DNA of 64,000 nt from Calditrichia bacterium. GTDB lineage: Bacteria > Calditrichota > Calditrichia > RBG-13-44-9 > J075. How positions within the stretch are numbered: position 1 is the first letter of the stretch; the number at the start of each line of letters is the position of its first letter. The position numbers and the translations under genes were made by a program. The notes under the pieces are model-generated. The model saw only the letters and a program-made list of their open reading frames with translations, made no database searches and was not told the DNA's origin. Below are positions 29,918 to 40,829 of the stretch, piece by piece. Location of the stretch: contig JBOEGD010000027.1 in assembly GCA_050633245.1 (NCBI GenBank), positions 134,624 to 198,623 on the forward strand, written 5' to 3'.

Positions 29918-30934
29918 CTAATTGATTTTGCTGTTATAAATTAATTCGATAGCCTCAATCGTTTTGATTCCTTCATCGCCTTCTATAACATGATGTCGCT
30001 CATTCAGTAACGCAGCGGCAACATTTCGATAGAGTTTATCATGGTTCGAGCTGCTGCCTTGATACTTGCTGCCATAATCATTCGGCTTATCAACATATTC
30101 AATATCCTCTTGCAAAGGATACGACATTACGTCCCAGAACTCTATTTTATTAAGGTATCTACCGCCGATCTTAATTGTCCCTTTTTCACCGATGATAGTA
30201 ATACTACCTTCATAATTTTTGTTATATACACATGTAGTCCAATTTAAAGCACCGGTTACACCGCTGGAGAAATCAAGTAAAGTGTGGCCACAATCCTCTA
30301 TTTCAATATCATGATTCCGTGTCGAAAGATGAGTGCTTGCTTTTGTGATATCTCCAAACCACCAGATCAACAGATCTATAAAGTGGCTTACCTGGGTATA
30401 CAGTGCCCCACCTTCTAACGACTTACTTCCTCGCCAGTTAGAATCGGAGTAATACTCCTGATTGCGGTTCCACAGAACGTTGCATTCCACCATATATACT
30501 TTGCCTAGCTTGTCGGCAATCAATGCCTCGCGCGTGAGTCCAATCGGCACATTAAACCGATTTTGTTTAACTACCATTAGTCGCATATCGTTGCGCTTGG
30601 CAGCTTCGATCATTCTATGGCAATCGGCAACCGAAAGAGCCATCGGTTTTTCTACCAGCACATGTTTGCCCGCCTCGGAAGCCTGAATAGACATGTCAGC
30701 ATGCAGCCCATGCGGTGTGCAAATTGAAATTACATCAATTGTACTATCCTGCAGCATTTCTTCATACGACTCGTAGCTTTTACAATTGTATGAGGCGGCA
30801 TATTTTTGACTACGTTCATTTTCTATGTCATAAATGCCTGCAAGTCGGGTCGATTCAAGCTCGTCTAACAGGTGAACATGGCGTCGACCAATATTGCCAC
30901 ATCCGGCAACTCCAAACATAACAGATTTTTGCAT
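29918..30934 (-). CDS. Gfo/Idh/MocA oxidoreductase (WbpB/GnnA-like)
   Basis: GCGNIG, CTPHGLH, EKPMA, QNRFN, SHFID. Confidence 0.92.
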   Translation of the reverse strand: MQKSVMFGVAGCGNIGRRHVHLLDELESTRLAGIYDIENERSQKYAASYNCKSYESYEEMLQDSTIDVISICTPHGLHADMSIQASEAGKHVLVEKPMALSVADCHRMIEAAKRNDMRLMVVKQNRFNVPIGLTREALIADKLGKVYMVECNVLWNRNQEYYSDSNWRGSKSLEGGALYTQVSHFIDLLIWWFGDITKASTHLSTRNHDIEIEDCGHTLLDFSSGVTGALNWTTCVYNKNYEGSITIIGEKGTIKIGGRYLNKIEFWDVMSYPLQEDIEYVDKPNDYGSKYQGSSSNHDKLYRNVAAALLNERHHVIEGDEGIKTIEAIELIYNSKIN

Positions 30935-30938
30935 TTGT

Positions 30939-32399
30939 TCAACCTCCCTGACCCGGACGTAAATGTCTGACCAGCGTTGTAAAAAAATCTTTGATTTCGT
31001 CTGCCCTAACCAGTCTATTCACAATCAGCAACACCGGCAGAAACATAAAAACAACTGATTTTGCTCCAAGTGTATACCAAAAAGAGCCCAATTGAAGCTG
31101 ATAACCGACAGCTATCAACAATGTTGCGAACAGCAATGCCCGTAACAGAATAATCGGAGAGTGTGGTACGTGATAAAATTTTTGGGAAAAATACATATTA
31201 ATGGAAAAAATAAGCATATAACTGAACAGGGTTGCCAGAGCGGCACCGAGAATACCCAGCCATTGGAGCAATACCCAATTAAGGATAACATTTATTACTC
31301 CGCCAGCAATATTAATAGTGGCAAGATAACCGGTTTTACGTGCAATACCAAGTCCGGGTGTAAAAATATACATTTGGGACAAAAAGGTAGAGACAACGAG
31401 TGAGGGAATGACAATTGCTGCTCCATAGTAGGCCGGAGTGGTAAGCAGCATCAACATTTCCAGACCGAAAAGACTCAAAAAACCGGTAACAAGCACTGCA
31501 ACAAATAGAAACAATCTGAAGATCCGCGCCAACTCATCACGGGTTTTATCGTCGCGAAATGAGGCATAAATAAGCGGAGTTAATGCTGTGATCATTCCTG
31601 CCATCAAAACACTAACCAATGAGGCCACTCGGAAACCAATACCATAAAGCCCAAGCTCGCTAAGCGATAACATGCTTTTAATAAATATGCGGTCCACATA
31701 GGAAAGGAAGAATAAGCCAACGCCTGATGGTACCAACGGCAAGCTGTAGGCAAGCATCTCCCTGAGCATTGGCAAATTTAGTTTAAAAACATAGTTCTCA
31801 CGGGAAAATGAGTAAGCTATAAGCGACGCAACCGCCCCCGCAATTGACTGTGCCCAGAAAACGCCGATAACACCAGTTTTCATAATCAATATAAATACAA
31901 CATTCAGACTGAGGCTGATAACTGAAAAAGCAATCGACGAAAGAGCGTGTTTAATTGGTTTAATACTTGCCTGAAGCTGAACCTGAAAGACATAAAACAG
32001 CTTCATAGCAAATATACTTACTCCGGCTGCCTGTACCACTCGCCATGCGTATGGATCTGCGTCCTCATAAAGCCAGGTACCGAGCGGCTTTGCAAAGAGC
32101 TCGATGCCCAGTAGAAATATGCCCAAGGTAAATACAGAGAAGTAGAGGGCATTCGAGGCTATTATCTGGCGTTTTGCCGGCTCTTTGGCATCGGGGAAAA
32201 GTCTTCCCACGGCCTGAGTAATTTCCAGAGGAAAGACCGTTCCGGCAATCATCGCTATAACGGCAATAAAATCGATGATGCCGTAATCGGCCGGGGTTAG
32301 GACACGGGTGTAAAAAGGCACCAAAATAAAAGCTATTCCACGACTCAACAAATTACTGACGGAGTAAATACCGCTATTCTTCAAAAACTCTTTTAACAT
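30939..32399 (-). CDS. wzx: Wzx oligosaccharide flippase
   Basis: About 12-14 TM helices, PFYTRVL.PADYG, YVDR, LGLYG..RVAS. Confidence 0.85.
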   Translation of the reverse strand: MLKEFLKNSGIYSVSNLLSRGIAFILVPFYTRVLTPADYGIIDFIAVIAMIAGTVFPLEITQAVGRLFPDAKEPAKRQIIASNALYFSVFTLGIFLLGIELFAKPLGTWLYEDADPYAWRVVQAAGVSIFAMKLFYVFQVQLQASIKPIKHALSSIAFSVISLSLNVVFILIMKTGVIGVFWAQSIAGAVASLIAYSFSRENYVFKLNLPMLREMLAYSLPLVPSGVGLFFLSYVDRIFIKSMLSLSELGLYGIGFRVASLVSVLMAGMITALTPLIYASFRDDKTRDELARIFRLFLFVAVLVTGFLSLFGLEMLMLLTTPAYYGAAIVIPSLVVSTFLSQMYIFTPGLGIARKTGYLATINIAGGVINVILNWVLLQWLGILGAALATLFSYMLIFSINMYFSQKFYHVPHSPIILLRALLFATLLIAVGYQLQLGSFWYTLGAKSVVFMFLPVLLIVNRLVRADEIKDFFTTLVRHLRPGQGG

Positions 32400-34451
32400 C
32401 TATAGCCCAACGCCCATTCCATTTATAGGAGCTGGAGATGGCTTGACGTTAATTTGCCTGCGAGCTTCGTTGCTACGTCCCCCCAGATATTGCCGATGCC
32501 AAAGCTCGCTATTGAAAATTCGCCAGAGCATCGTATCGAACGGGCGTTTTCCATCCAGAAAATCCTGTAACATTGTTATGGCCTGGTCTCTTTTATATTG
32601 GGCATCGGCAGGAATGCTATGAAACACATCTTGAAAGACAGTCCGGCCGGCTCCTCTAATCCACATTTCTTCGGCTGTCGCAAATCCGATTTTCCTAACT
32701 CTGTCCAGCACCTTGCTAGGCAGAATATCTTTCATCGCTTCACGATAAATCCACTTGCAGCTTCCGGCCCGAATCTTCATTTCTGCAGGTAGCGTAAAGC
32801 TGAATTCTACCAAGCGGTGATCGAGAAACGGCACCCTGGATTCCACAGAAAAAGCCATGGAATTGCGATCGACATTACGCAAAATCCCTGGGAGTATATC
32901 CCGCATTGTCTGTAAATACATACGTCTATTAAACAGCCCCGCTTTTCCCTTAATACGTCTATTTAACTCATCCAACGACTCCAGATAAGTAGACTCCCGA
33001 AAACCCTTTTCAAATATCTCAGGTTGAAACAACTTGGCAGCAGCAGCCATATCAGCAGCATGCCGTTTGAACCGAGCCATTCCAGGAAATTCAAGCATTA
33101 AAACTTTAGCAATCCTGCCAAATGGTACCGGATACAATTTGCGGCGCTCACGATAGTCAGAAAAAAACTTTACGAATCTGCCGGTCGCTAAATCCTCTGC
33201 CATACGAGCTTCCATCATAGTCGTATAGTAACCGCCAATCATTTCATCTGGCCCTTGGCCGTCAAGCGTTACAGTGACCCCGGACTTACTTACCAGTTCA
33301 AATACTTTCCATCCCGCAAAAATGCTGGTGCTTATAAATGGCTCATCATGATGCCAAACCAGTTTTTCGACGTCTTCCAGCAGCGCATCAGCTGTCGGTT
33401 GTGTAAAATGAGGTTCAACCTGTGTACGGTCAATAACCGCTTGAGCATAGTCGCTTTCATCGAAGCGCAGATCTTCTGACGTCGCGGTAAACGTTTTCTG
33501 AATTGCAGAAGGATTTTTTTCGCGAATTAATTTATCAGCGATGCAAACGATTCCGCTGGAATCCAATCCACCGGAAAGGCATGTACCTACAGGCACATCG
33601 GCACGCAGACGCAGGCGCACGGCATCGGTTAAAAGCTCGCGATACCTGTCTGCACAGTCTTCATCGGAGGCAATTGTGCGTCGCGAAAGGTCAATATCCC
33701 ACCAGCATTGCGGAACCGGAAGGTTGCTATTTGCAATTGAACCCAGCGGTATCGATAGGTAATGACCGGGCTTTAACTGAAAAATATTTCGAAAAGATGT
33801 TTGTTCATCGCTACCACTATAAGCTTTGTAGGCCAGATAATCGAAGAAAATACCATCGTGGCGTTCGGCATCAAGCCAGGGCAGCTGCAAGAGCTGCTTA
33901 ATTTCAGATGAAAAAGAAAAGCGCTTATTAACAAAGCTATAATGAAAGGGCTTAATTCCCAGCCGATCCCGCACGCAAAATAGTCGACGCTGCTTGCAGT
34001 CTAAAATAGCGAAAGCAAACATTCCGTTAAAACGTCGCAAGCAATCTTCGCCCCATTCCAGATAGGCCGCTAAGACAACCTCCGTATCCGTCTGAGTCTT
34101 AAAAGCGTGACCTTTTTTGATTAACTCATCACGCAGTTCGAGATAATTATAAACTTCGCCATTGAAAACCATCCACAAGCGCCCGTCTGCATATGAGAAT
34201 GGTTGACGGCCGTTTTCCGACAGATCCAGAATAGAAAGTCGCCGATGTCCGAGAAGCACATCCGGTTTAGAGGCTGTATCGTTATTCAACTGATGGATCT
34301 GCTTAAACGGCTGTTGAGCGCCGGAAGCCGACTGCCATGCCAAATAGCCAAAGTCGTCCGGGCCGCGATAATCTATGACATCGCACATCGCAGCTATTAA
34401 AGCTGGCTCTAAAGGTATTCCCGCAGTTGCGATTCCTGCTATTCCACACAT
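32400..34451 (-). CDS. asnB: Asparagine synthase-like glutamine amidotransferase (glycan amidation)
   Basis: MCGIAG, HRRLSILD, NGEVYN, LSGGLDS, SVESRVPFLD. Confidence 0.92.
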   Translation of the reverse strand: MCGIAGIATAGIPLEPALIAAMCDVIDYRGPDDFGYLAWQSASGAQQPFKQIHQLNNDTASKPDVLLGHRRLSILDLSENGRQPFSYADGRLWMVFNGEVYNYLELRDELIKKGHAFKTQTDTEVVLAAYLEWGEDCLRRFNGMFAFAILDCKQRRLFCVRDRLGIKPFHYSFVNKRFSFSSEIKQLLQLPWLDAERHDGIFFDYLAYKAYSGSDEQTSFRNIFQLKPGHYLSIPLGSIANSNLPVPQCWWDIDLSRRTIASDEDCADRYRELLTDAVRLRLRADVPVGTCLSGGLDSSGIVCIADKLIREKNPSAIQKTFTATSEDLRFDESDYAQAVIDRTQVEPHFTQPTADALLEDVEKLVWHHDEPFISTSIFAGWKVFELVSKSGVTVTLDGQGPDEMIGGYYTTMMEARMAEDLATGRFVKFFSDYRERRKLYPVPFGRIAKVLMLEFPGMARFKRHAADMAAAAKLFQPEIFEKGFRESTYLESLDELNRRIKGKAGLFNRRMYLQTMRDILPGILRNVDRNSMAFSVESRVPFLDHRLVEFSFTLPAEMKIRAGSCKWIYREAMKDILPSKVLDRVRKIGFATAEEMWIRGAGRTVFQDVFHSIPADAQYKRDQAITMLQDFLDGKRPFDTMLWRIFNSELWHRQYLGGRSNEARRQINVKPSPAPINGMGVGL

Positions 34452-34476
34452 ATTAACATTCTCAGATTGATTGGTT

Positions 34477-35730
34477 TTAAAATTTCAATTTATTTCTGAC
34501 ACCCTGCGAAACGAATTCTTCATACCAGGGTTCGGCGCGTATCTCGTCGAGATAGTTATTTTGCAGCGCTACTTCTTTTTCTCCAAATACCGGGAAATAA
34601 TGATCACGAAAGAAACTTGGCACGAAATCGTATGTCAATTCTTTTCCTTCCCGAATAGCCTGCACATCATCTAACAAACGTTGGCAAACCGCAGGCGCAG
34701 CAAAATAGTCCTCAACCCACTTCCTGCCTGCCTTACGCAGTTCCTGCATTTCGGCGGGGTTGTTTAGATAATATTTCAAACGTTCAGCAAGCGTTTCCGG
34801 CGTTACATGAACGATCGGTGGATTTGAAGGTACGGGTAGATAATCGATATCGTAGGAGGTAAATAACAAACAACCGCTGGCAAGCGCTTCCAGACCAAAT
34901 TTGCCGCTTCCGCGACCATAAGGATTATAGATAACAATGTCCGCCTTACTTAACTTGTAAAGCAGCTCTTTATTTGGTAACCGTTCTAACAGGTGAAAGT
35001 CGAGCCTTACGCCAGCCTGTTTCAATTGCTCCATGGTGTCAATAACCAGCTGTGTTCCCTTGATGGCACGCTCTGTTGAAGCGTGAATTATAACGGGAAC
35101 CGGGTTGTTGCTTTCACTGTAGTGAAGATGTTCCATTTGCATCGGCAAATAATAATAGCGATAGGGCCGAATCTCAATTTGAGCCTGACTTGGATGCGAA
35201 CAGATTAAATCGGCATGGACCTCGAAGGTGCGAAGAAGATCCAGCTTTTCTTTGAGCGTTTCGATGGTTTCACCGGAAGCGCGCTCACGAAATGAGGTTG
35301 CAATCTCAAAGCCATTGTTTTCACCCTCCTGTATAAACGCCTGACGCCAGCGCACATCATCTCCGACAGGATTAAACAAAACGATAAGTTTGGGATTGAA
35401 ATATTTCACAAGGGGTAGAAAGAAACGCCATTTCACAAAGTTACCGGGCCATATGACGTGAAAAACATCCGTTCGCATTAATAGATAAAAGAGGAAAACA
35501 TGGCGCAGGGCGATCATTAAGGCTGTGCGAAAATAACGAAAGGGACGCTTCTCCACTCTGGGCAACATGTCTTCCATTACGTAGTCGTATTCGACATGTT
35601 GAAACATTGAAACTCTTTTGCTGAGCAGCGTTGTGACTTTACAACCACAGGCCTCATACCCGCTACGGTAGTCATCGAAGGCACCCGCAATCTCTGTGGT
35701 ACCAATTAATATTTTCAATTTGCAATTCAT
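34477..35730 (-). CDS. Glycosyltransferase (GT-B fold)
   Basis: GDDVR, HAST....KGT, GLEALASG. Confidence 0.75.
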   Translation of the reverse strand: MNCKLKILIGTTEIAGAFDDYRSGYEACGCKVTTLLSKRVSMFQHVEYDYVMEDMLPRVEKRPFRYFRTALMIALRHVFLFYLLMRTDVFHVIWPGNFVKWRFFLPLVKYFNPKLIVLFNPVGDDVRWRQAFIQEGENNGFEIATSFRERASGETIETLKEKLDLLRTFEVHADLICSHPSQAQIEIRPYRYYYLPMQMEHLHYSESNNPVPVIIHASTERAIKGTQLVIDTMEQLKQAGVRLDFHLLERLPNKELLYKLSKADIVIYNPYGRGSGKFGLEALASGCLLFTSYDIDYLPVPSNPPIVHVTPETLAERLKYYLNNPAEMQELRKAGRKWVEDYFAAPAVCQRLLDDVQAIREGKELTYDFVPSFFRDHYFPVFGEKEVALQNNYLDEIRAEPWYEEFVSQGVRNKLKF

Positions 35731-36743
35731 CGTTCATCTGTAGCATTAGAGACATGCGTTCTAATCGCCTGCATCAATTCAGAAACTTTTTCTTCTATTA
35801 TTCTTTGGCGAAGCTCAGAATACGTGTTTTTATCGACTTTTATGTGATCAGACACTGCAAAGCCAGCCGGTATTTTTTTTCGCCAATCTTCATTCTCTGG
35901 TCGCCATTCTATGAACTTAAACAATTTTGATATTTCCAGATGCGTTTGCTGGCAAAAAACTTCATAATCCATAACAAAACATCTTTCAGGAATATCAGAT
36001 ATTCCTTCGAAGATATCCTTATAAATAGCATTAACCTGGCAAACTACTTCATGGGCAGCAGATAGGTTACGTGCCTGAATTTCACTGCAATTAGAAGGTT
36101 TCAGCGAGAACCATTCGTTTGTATTTCCGAATACCTGTTCCCTTCCCCACAACAGAGATTGAGCCGTTCTTAACGGATCTCGAAGCAGAAGTATGAACTT
36201 CGCATTTGGGCACAGTTCTTTTAGCAGATGAACATTCAGTCCTGAAATGGAGTTTTTAAAAAAGAAGGGTTGTGAAGATTGAGCAACGATGCCATTAATA
36301 TGATGACTCAACTTCTCGCTAGATTTCGAGGAGAATTGTTCTGTGGGAACATAGTGCGAATCTGATAAATATGGTATGTGGTCATTCCAAAAAAAACCAA
36401 ATTCATGAGGTTCGGAAACGCTTTTGGTCACACCAAAGGTAGACTCAAAATCAGATGGTTTTATTGGTGGATTTTCCTTCGTTCCCAGCCCCAACGTCTG
36501 CTCTAGAGCCATTGCAATTGCAGGGGCTTTCCAAAATCGTGCAGTAAAATTTGATATATATCCGAATTCCCCAGAGGAAGCTAACGTCTGTGCAACAAGT
36601 GTCGAGCCGCTGCGTGGAGCAAAGCAAAAGAACAAAAGCGGTTGTGTAATTGGCGTCTGTTCAGCAACAAAGCTTTCTTCTATGGGCTGAATTGCTTCAT
36701 TTACCTTTGTAAGCAATTCTTCTATCTTATTTCTCGGAAGCAT
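35727..36743 (-). CDS. PAPS-dependent sulfotransferase
   Basis: APRSGST 5'-PSB loop, LLRDP...AQS 3'-PB motif, MDYE. Confidence 0.85.
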   Translation of the reverse strand: MLPRNKIEELLTKVNEAIQPIEESFVAEQTPITQPLLFFCFAPRSGSTLVAQTLASSGEFGYISNFTARFWKAPAIAMALEQTLGLGTKENPPIKPSDFESTFGVTKSVSEPHEFGFFWNDHIPYLSDSHYVPTEQFSSKSSEKLSHHINGIVAQSSQPFFFKNSISGLNVHLLKELCPNAKFILLLRDPLRTAQSLLWGREQVFGNTNEWFSLKPSNCSEIQARNLSAAHEVVCQVNAIYKDIFEGISDIPERCFVMDYEVFCQQTHLEISKLFKFIEWRPENEDWRKKIPAGFAVSDHIKVDKNTYSELRQRIIEEKVSELMQAIRTHVSNATDER

Positions 36744-36818
36744 ATCCCGATCCTTTCCTCATTGAGACCAAAGGAGTTACAGCATGAACTTTTAATACAT
36801 TAGTTCCATGCATAAGCT

Positions 36819-37781
36819 TCAGTTTTTTTGCCACGTCAAGGTATGCCTGAATTCACCATGTGCTCCAAACCGTTCCTTAAAAAGGAAGATATTACCTCTG
36901 GCTTCCATGTTCACGCTTGACGTGCCAAAGTCAAAAGATTTATAGCCCAGCTGCTGAGAATTCTTCAATACCTCAGAGATCAGTAAATACATGCCTTGCG
37001 TATGATGAAAATCAGGATGACGCGCCAGATAAAACGAGCTATCGACTCGTTCGTTTATAACAAAATGTCCGACGCCGGCAATGGGCGTCTCGTCGAGATA
37101 GGCAATATCAGCCCAAACCTTGTCCGGGAACTTGTTGCAGAGCCACTCCCACTCTTCCAGAGAATGCGTAGGAGAAACACCATGCCTTGAAAAGGTAGCA
37201 TCCATTAGCTGCCAAAAATCCGCCGCCGATTGACGAAACCGAACTTCAACGCCAAGTTTCTCTGCCTTGCGCACCATATTGCGACTTTTTGAGTGGATGT
37301 TTCCCCAAAGATCTGCGCCTTCAAGTGCAACTACGTTCGAGATATCTGAGTTAGTAATCTTAAATCCTTTTTCCAGGAAGGCAAACAATACGGTGTCGCA
37401 GGGGTTTGCTGAGCAGCAGCGAATTGGTGGGGTTATGCGACATTCATCAATTCCCTGCTCGTTTAAATAGGTAACAAACAGATCGACACATTCCGCAGCT
37501 TTACTATAATTCAGACGATTATCAAAAACCAGACCGCCATAACTGGCGCCATAGGGTGACTTGGCAATTTTTCGGCCGTCTTCTTCAAAAATCCCCAGAG
37601 GCATCAGGCCAAAAAGAGCACCGCCATTATACCACATTAAATGATGAGTAGCCTCGGCAAATCGATCGCCGTGATAGGCAAGAAAATCCAGGTCGTGAAA
37701 CAATGTTCCTGCAGAGCTGTTTGCAACAAGCTTTTGCCACGCAGCGGTATCATCAGATGTAAAGGGTCTAAGTGTTAACAT
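36819..37781 (-). CDS. FemAB-like double-GNAT acyl/aminoacyl transferase
   Basis: GTLFH...LAYH, PYGASYGG, RNMVRKA, FDFG, FKERFG. Confidence 0.8.
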   Translation of the reverse strand: MLTLRPFTSDDTAAWQKLVANSSAGTLFHDLDFLAYHGDRFAEATHHLMWYNGGALFGLMPLGIFEEDGRKIAKSPYGASYGGLVFDNRLNYSKAAECVDLFVTYLNEQGIDECRITPPIRCCSANPCDTVLFAFLEKGFKITNSDISNVVALEGADLWGNIHSKSRNMVRKAEKLGVEVRFRQSAADFWQLMDATFSRHGVSPTHSLEEWEWLCNKFPDKVWADIAYLDETPIAGVGHFVINERVDSSFYLARHPDFHHTQGMYLLISEVLKNSQQLGYKSFDFGTSSVNMEARGNIFLFKERFGAHGEFRHTLTWQKN

Positions 37782-37842
37782 GGTATATCACTGCAGGAAG
37801 AGGTCACCGCAGACAGCCTTTAAAGTGTTTTCGGGATTCGAT

Positions 37843-38946
37843 TTATTGGTATAGACCATATGTTTTTATCTGCAGAGATGAAAAATCACTACAAAACGGA
37901 TGCTGTAGCGCCAGTTTACGAGCACTTTCAAGATCGTTCGGATGCACGCGTCTTGCGCGAGCCATTTCTTCTCCAACCTTTAGGCCTGCGACATTTAGTT
38001 CCAACACTGGCTTTGGACCTACATAGTCGGTTGTAACACTCATAACACGAGGTTTCTGTACAATATGGAGTGGCGTAGTGTAGAACCCGGAAGTATTTAA
38101 ATCCAGCACATCTACCCAGCCGGAAATATGAGCCAGCTTCAGCGTAGGATTCAGCTCTTTCAGACTGGCAGCGTTAAGTTCTCCGTCCTCGCCGATAAGC
38201 AGATTCTCTTTGTGATGTTCAGCGAAGATAATTCCATCGCTTTTGCGAAGAAATGAAATTGCTTCTTTCGCCCCGAGAGTTTCACAGATGGAGTAGTCTG
38301 TCAAGGCAGTAACCTGATCTTCTTTCAAAGCAATACAACCAACTGTTGCACCAATTGCATTCAACGTTCTACAAACTGATGCACCAAATTCGCCACCGCC
38401 AACGACCAGGATTCTATTGCCAAAGAGTTCCAGTCCGGCTTCAAATAGAAGCTTTGCCGCCAGTACGCCAACGAAATCAAATGTTCTTAAGTCTGGATGC
38501 GTTTCATTTGTACCAAAAACAAGAACATCATTTTTAGCGCAGGCAGAGAGGTCAAGATCTGTGTCTCGAAATTCCCAAGTCTCCCACATTAGTGGAATAA
38601 CAGCTCCCGGCTTTAGCTGCTGAATAAGATCTACGGAAATCGGTCGAACCGCGCCACTGTTGGTGACAATATCAGCCTGGCCAAGTAAGGCGTACTCGTA
38701 GACGATTTGAATGCGATCGGAAACACCACAGTTTTTGGCAAGCTGCAAAACGGTGTTTCCAGCTTCTTCTGCCGTGGCATATCGAGAGGTCTTGGCCAGG
38801 GCAAATACCTGCTCGGCGCCAGCGAGTGCCGCAATGACCGCCGTCCAGGAGAAATAACCGGTAGCGGCCTCAGTAAACACCTTCAAACCGGCAAGATCAA
38901 GCTTAAAGCGTTCTATTGCATTGTTTATTAGGCGCAACTCGCGCAT
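37843..38946 (-). CDS. Hypothetical Rossmann-fold protein in glycan locus
   Basis: 367-aa ORF coupled to neighbours; ILVVGGGEFG dinucleotide-binding-like motif. Confidence 0.6.
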   Translation of the reverse strand: MRELRLINNAIERFKLDLAGLKVFTEAATGYFSWTAVIAALAGAEQVFALAKTSRYATAEEAGNTVLQLAKNCGVSDRIQIVYEYALLGQADIVTNSGAVRPISVDLIQQLKPGAVIPLMWETWEFRDTDLDLSACAKNDVLVFGTNETHPDLRTFDFVGVLAAKLLFEAGLELFGNRILVVGGGEFGASVCRTLNAIGATVGCIALKEDQVTALTDYSICETLGAKEAISFLRKSDGIIFAEHHKENLLIGEDGELNAASLKELNPTLKLAHISGWVDVLDLNTSGFYTTPLHIVQKPRVMSVTTDYVGPKPVLELNVAGLKVGEEMARARRVHPNDLESARKLALQHPFCSDFSSLQIKTYGLYQ

Positions 38947-40829
38947 TATTGGTCATCCTGGAACGTGTTTATCCACCACTCAAAACAGAGCATAGACCAA
39001 ATGAGCAAGCGGCGATTTTTTTCTCCGCTGAAGTGCTCATTCAATAATTCATGTGCTTTTTCGGGTTGGATATAGTCGTAGATAGCAGCGCGCTTATTGA
39101 ACAGCAGATCTTTGATATAGTCAATACTTTCGCCCTTAAACCAACTGGCATCCGGTGCAGAGAATCCGGTTTTTTGCGCCTTAACGTAGCTTTCCGGAAC
39201 AAACGGCGATAGCGCTTTGCGAAGAATATTCTTACCGTCACTGGTTTTCTGAAAATAGCGTCGTGTTTTCGGCCCAGGCTCATTTTCGTTCAGTGCAACA
39301 ACAGCATTCAGATCGCGCAGTTTATGCTTAACCGGAACCTTCATGGCAAAGTCTACCAAATCGTTATCGAGAAAAGGAACGCGTGTTTCCAGACTGTGCG
39401 CCATACTTAACTTATCTTCAACGACTAAGAGACCATGCAGAAATGTTTTTATCTCGAAATACAGCGATCGGTTAATATAATCTTCCGGACTATTTACCGA
39501 GAAACGTTCTTCCTTCATCACCGATCGAAAGACGTCCAGCGTCGGATGTGTCTCAACTTCAGGATAGATATCCTGATGAAAAAAATCCGGCTTAAATCGA
39601 TCTGGAATAAGGCGCAGCCAGTAGCGATAGTATTTTTCCATATATTCTTCGGAATCGGCATTTACCACCGCACGATAGTATCGCCACGGATAACCCGCAA
39701 AGAGCTCATCGCCTCCGGCACCGGAAAGCACAACCTTCACGAATTTACTGGCAAGACGCGACACGTAAAAATTTGGATAACACTGCCCGACCCTCAAATC
39801 CTCCAAATGATAAATGAGTTGCGGCATTACCCGCTCCATGTCGCCGGCCTTTAGCACCACTTCGTAGTGCTCGGTTTTGTAGCGGCTGGAAAGAAACTCT
39901 GCTTTTTCGCGTTCATCGAACAGCATCTCAAGTCCACTGGCAGATGAGAGATCAAATCCGCAGGTAAACGTTTTGATATTCGGAAAATTCTTAGCTGCAA
40001 TGCAGGTAATTGAACCAGAATCCATACCGCCACTCAGATAAGAACCTACTTCAACATCGCTCACTAACTGGCGATTAACTGCCTGTTCAAATAAGCGAAT
40101 AAGCTCTTCCGTATACTCTTCTTCACTAATGCTGTGGTCTTCCTCGAAAGAGAAATCCCAATACTGCCGCGTTTTTAGCGAGTTGCTATCTCCCAACTGC
40201 AGCGACATAATTGTTGCCGCAGGCAGGAGCTGAATATCCTTGAACAGCGTGCGATCTGTAAAGACATTCTGAAACGAAAAATATTCGTTCAACGCCTTTA
40301 CATCTACCGTTGCTTTCACCGCAGGATGGCGCAAAATGGATTTGATCTCAGAGCCAAACAGCAATACGCCGTCGCGGAAGTAGTAATACAGAGGCTTAAT
40401 TCCATAGCGATCGCGGACAAGATGCAGCACATTAGAGCGGTTATCCCATATAGCGAAGGCAAACATACCGTTCAGCTTGAGGATGGATTCTTCACCCCAC
40501 TCCTGAAATGCCTTTAAAACCACTTCGGTATCAGATTCAGAACGAAAGCGATGTCCTTTGGCCTCCAGCTCAATACGCAGATTCTGGTAGTTGTAAACCT
40601 CACCATTGTAGGAGATAACAAAATTGCCATCTTCAGTCTGCATTGGTTGATGTCCGGAGGGTGAAAGGTCGAGGATTGCCAGACGGCGGTGGCCAAATCC
40701 CACAAAAGACTGCGTCCAAAAACCGCTGCCATCAGGGCCACGGTGCGCAACAACGTCTGTCATTTCACGCAGCGTGTTTATCGAAACCGGCTTACCGGTT
40801 ATGTTGAATATTCCGGTTATACCGCACAT
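38946..40829 (-). CDS. asnB: Asparagine synthase-like amidotransferase (WbpS-like)
   Basis: MCGITG, HRGPD, HRRLAILD, LSGGMDS, DKLSMAHSLETRVPFLD. Confidence 0.93.
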   Translation of the reverse strand: MCGITGIFNITGKPVSINTLREMTDVVAHRGPDGSGFWTQSFVGFGHRRLAILDLSPSGHQPMQTEDGNFVISYNGEVYNYQNLRIELEAKGHRFRSESDTEVVLKAFQEWGEESILKLNGMFAFAIWDNRSNVLHLVRDRYGIKPLYYYFRDGVLLFGSEIKSILRHPAVKATVDVKALNEYFSFQNVFTDRTLFKDIQLLPAATIMSLQLGDSNSLKTRQYWDFSFEEDHSISEEEYTEELIRLFEQAVNRQLVSDVEVGSYLSGGMDSGSITCIAAKNFPNIKTFTCGFDLSSASGLEMLFDEREKAEFLSSRYKTEHYEVVLKAGDMERVMPQLIYHLEDLRVGQCYPNFYVSRLASKFVKVVLSGAGGDELFAGYPWRYYRAVVNADSEEYMEKYYRYWLRLIPDRFKPDFFHQDIYPEVETHPTLDVFRSVMKEERFSVNSPEDYINRSLYFEIKTFLHGLLVVEDKLSMAHSLETRVPFLDNDLVDFAMKVPVKHKLRDLNAVVALNENEPGPKTRRYFQKTSDGKNILRKALSPFVPESYVKAQKTGFSAPDASWFKGESIDYIKDLLFNKRAAIYDYIQPEKAHELLNEHFSGEKNRRLLIWSMLCFEWWINTFQDDQ

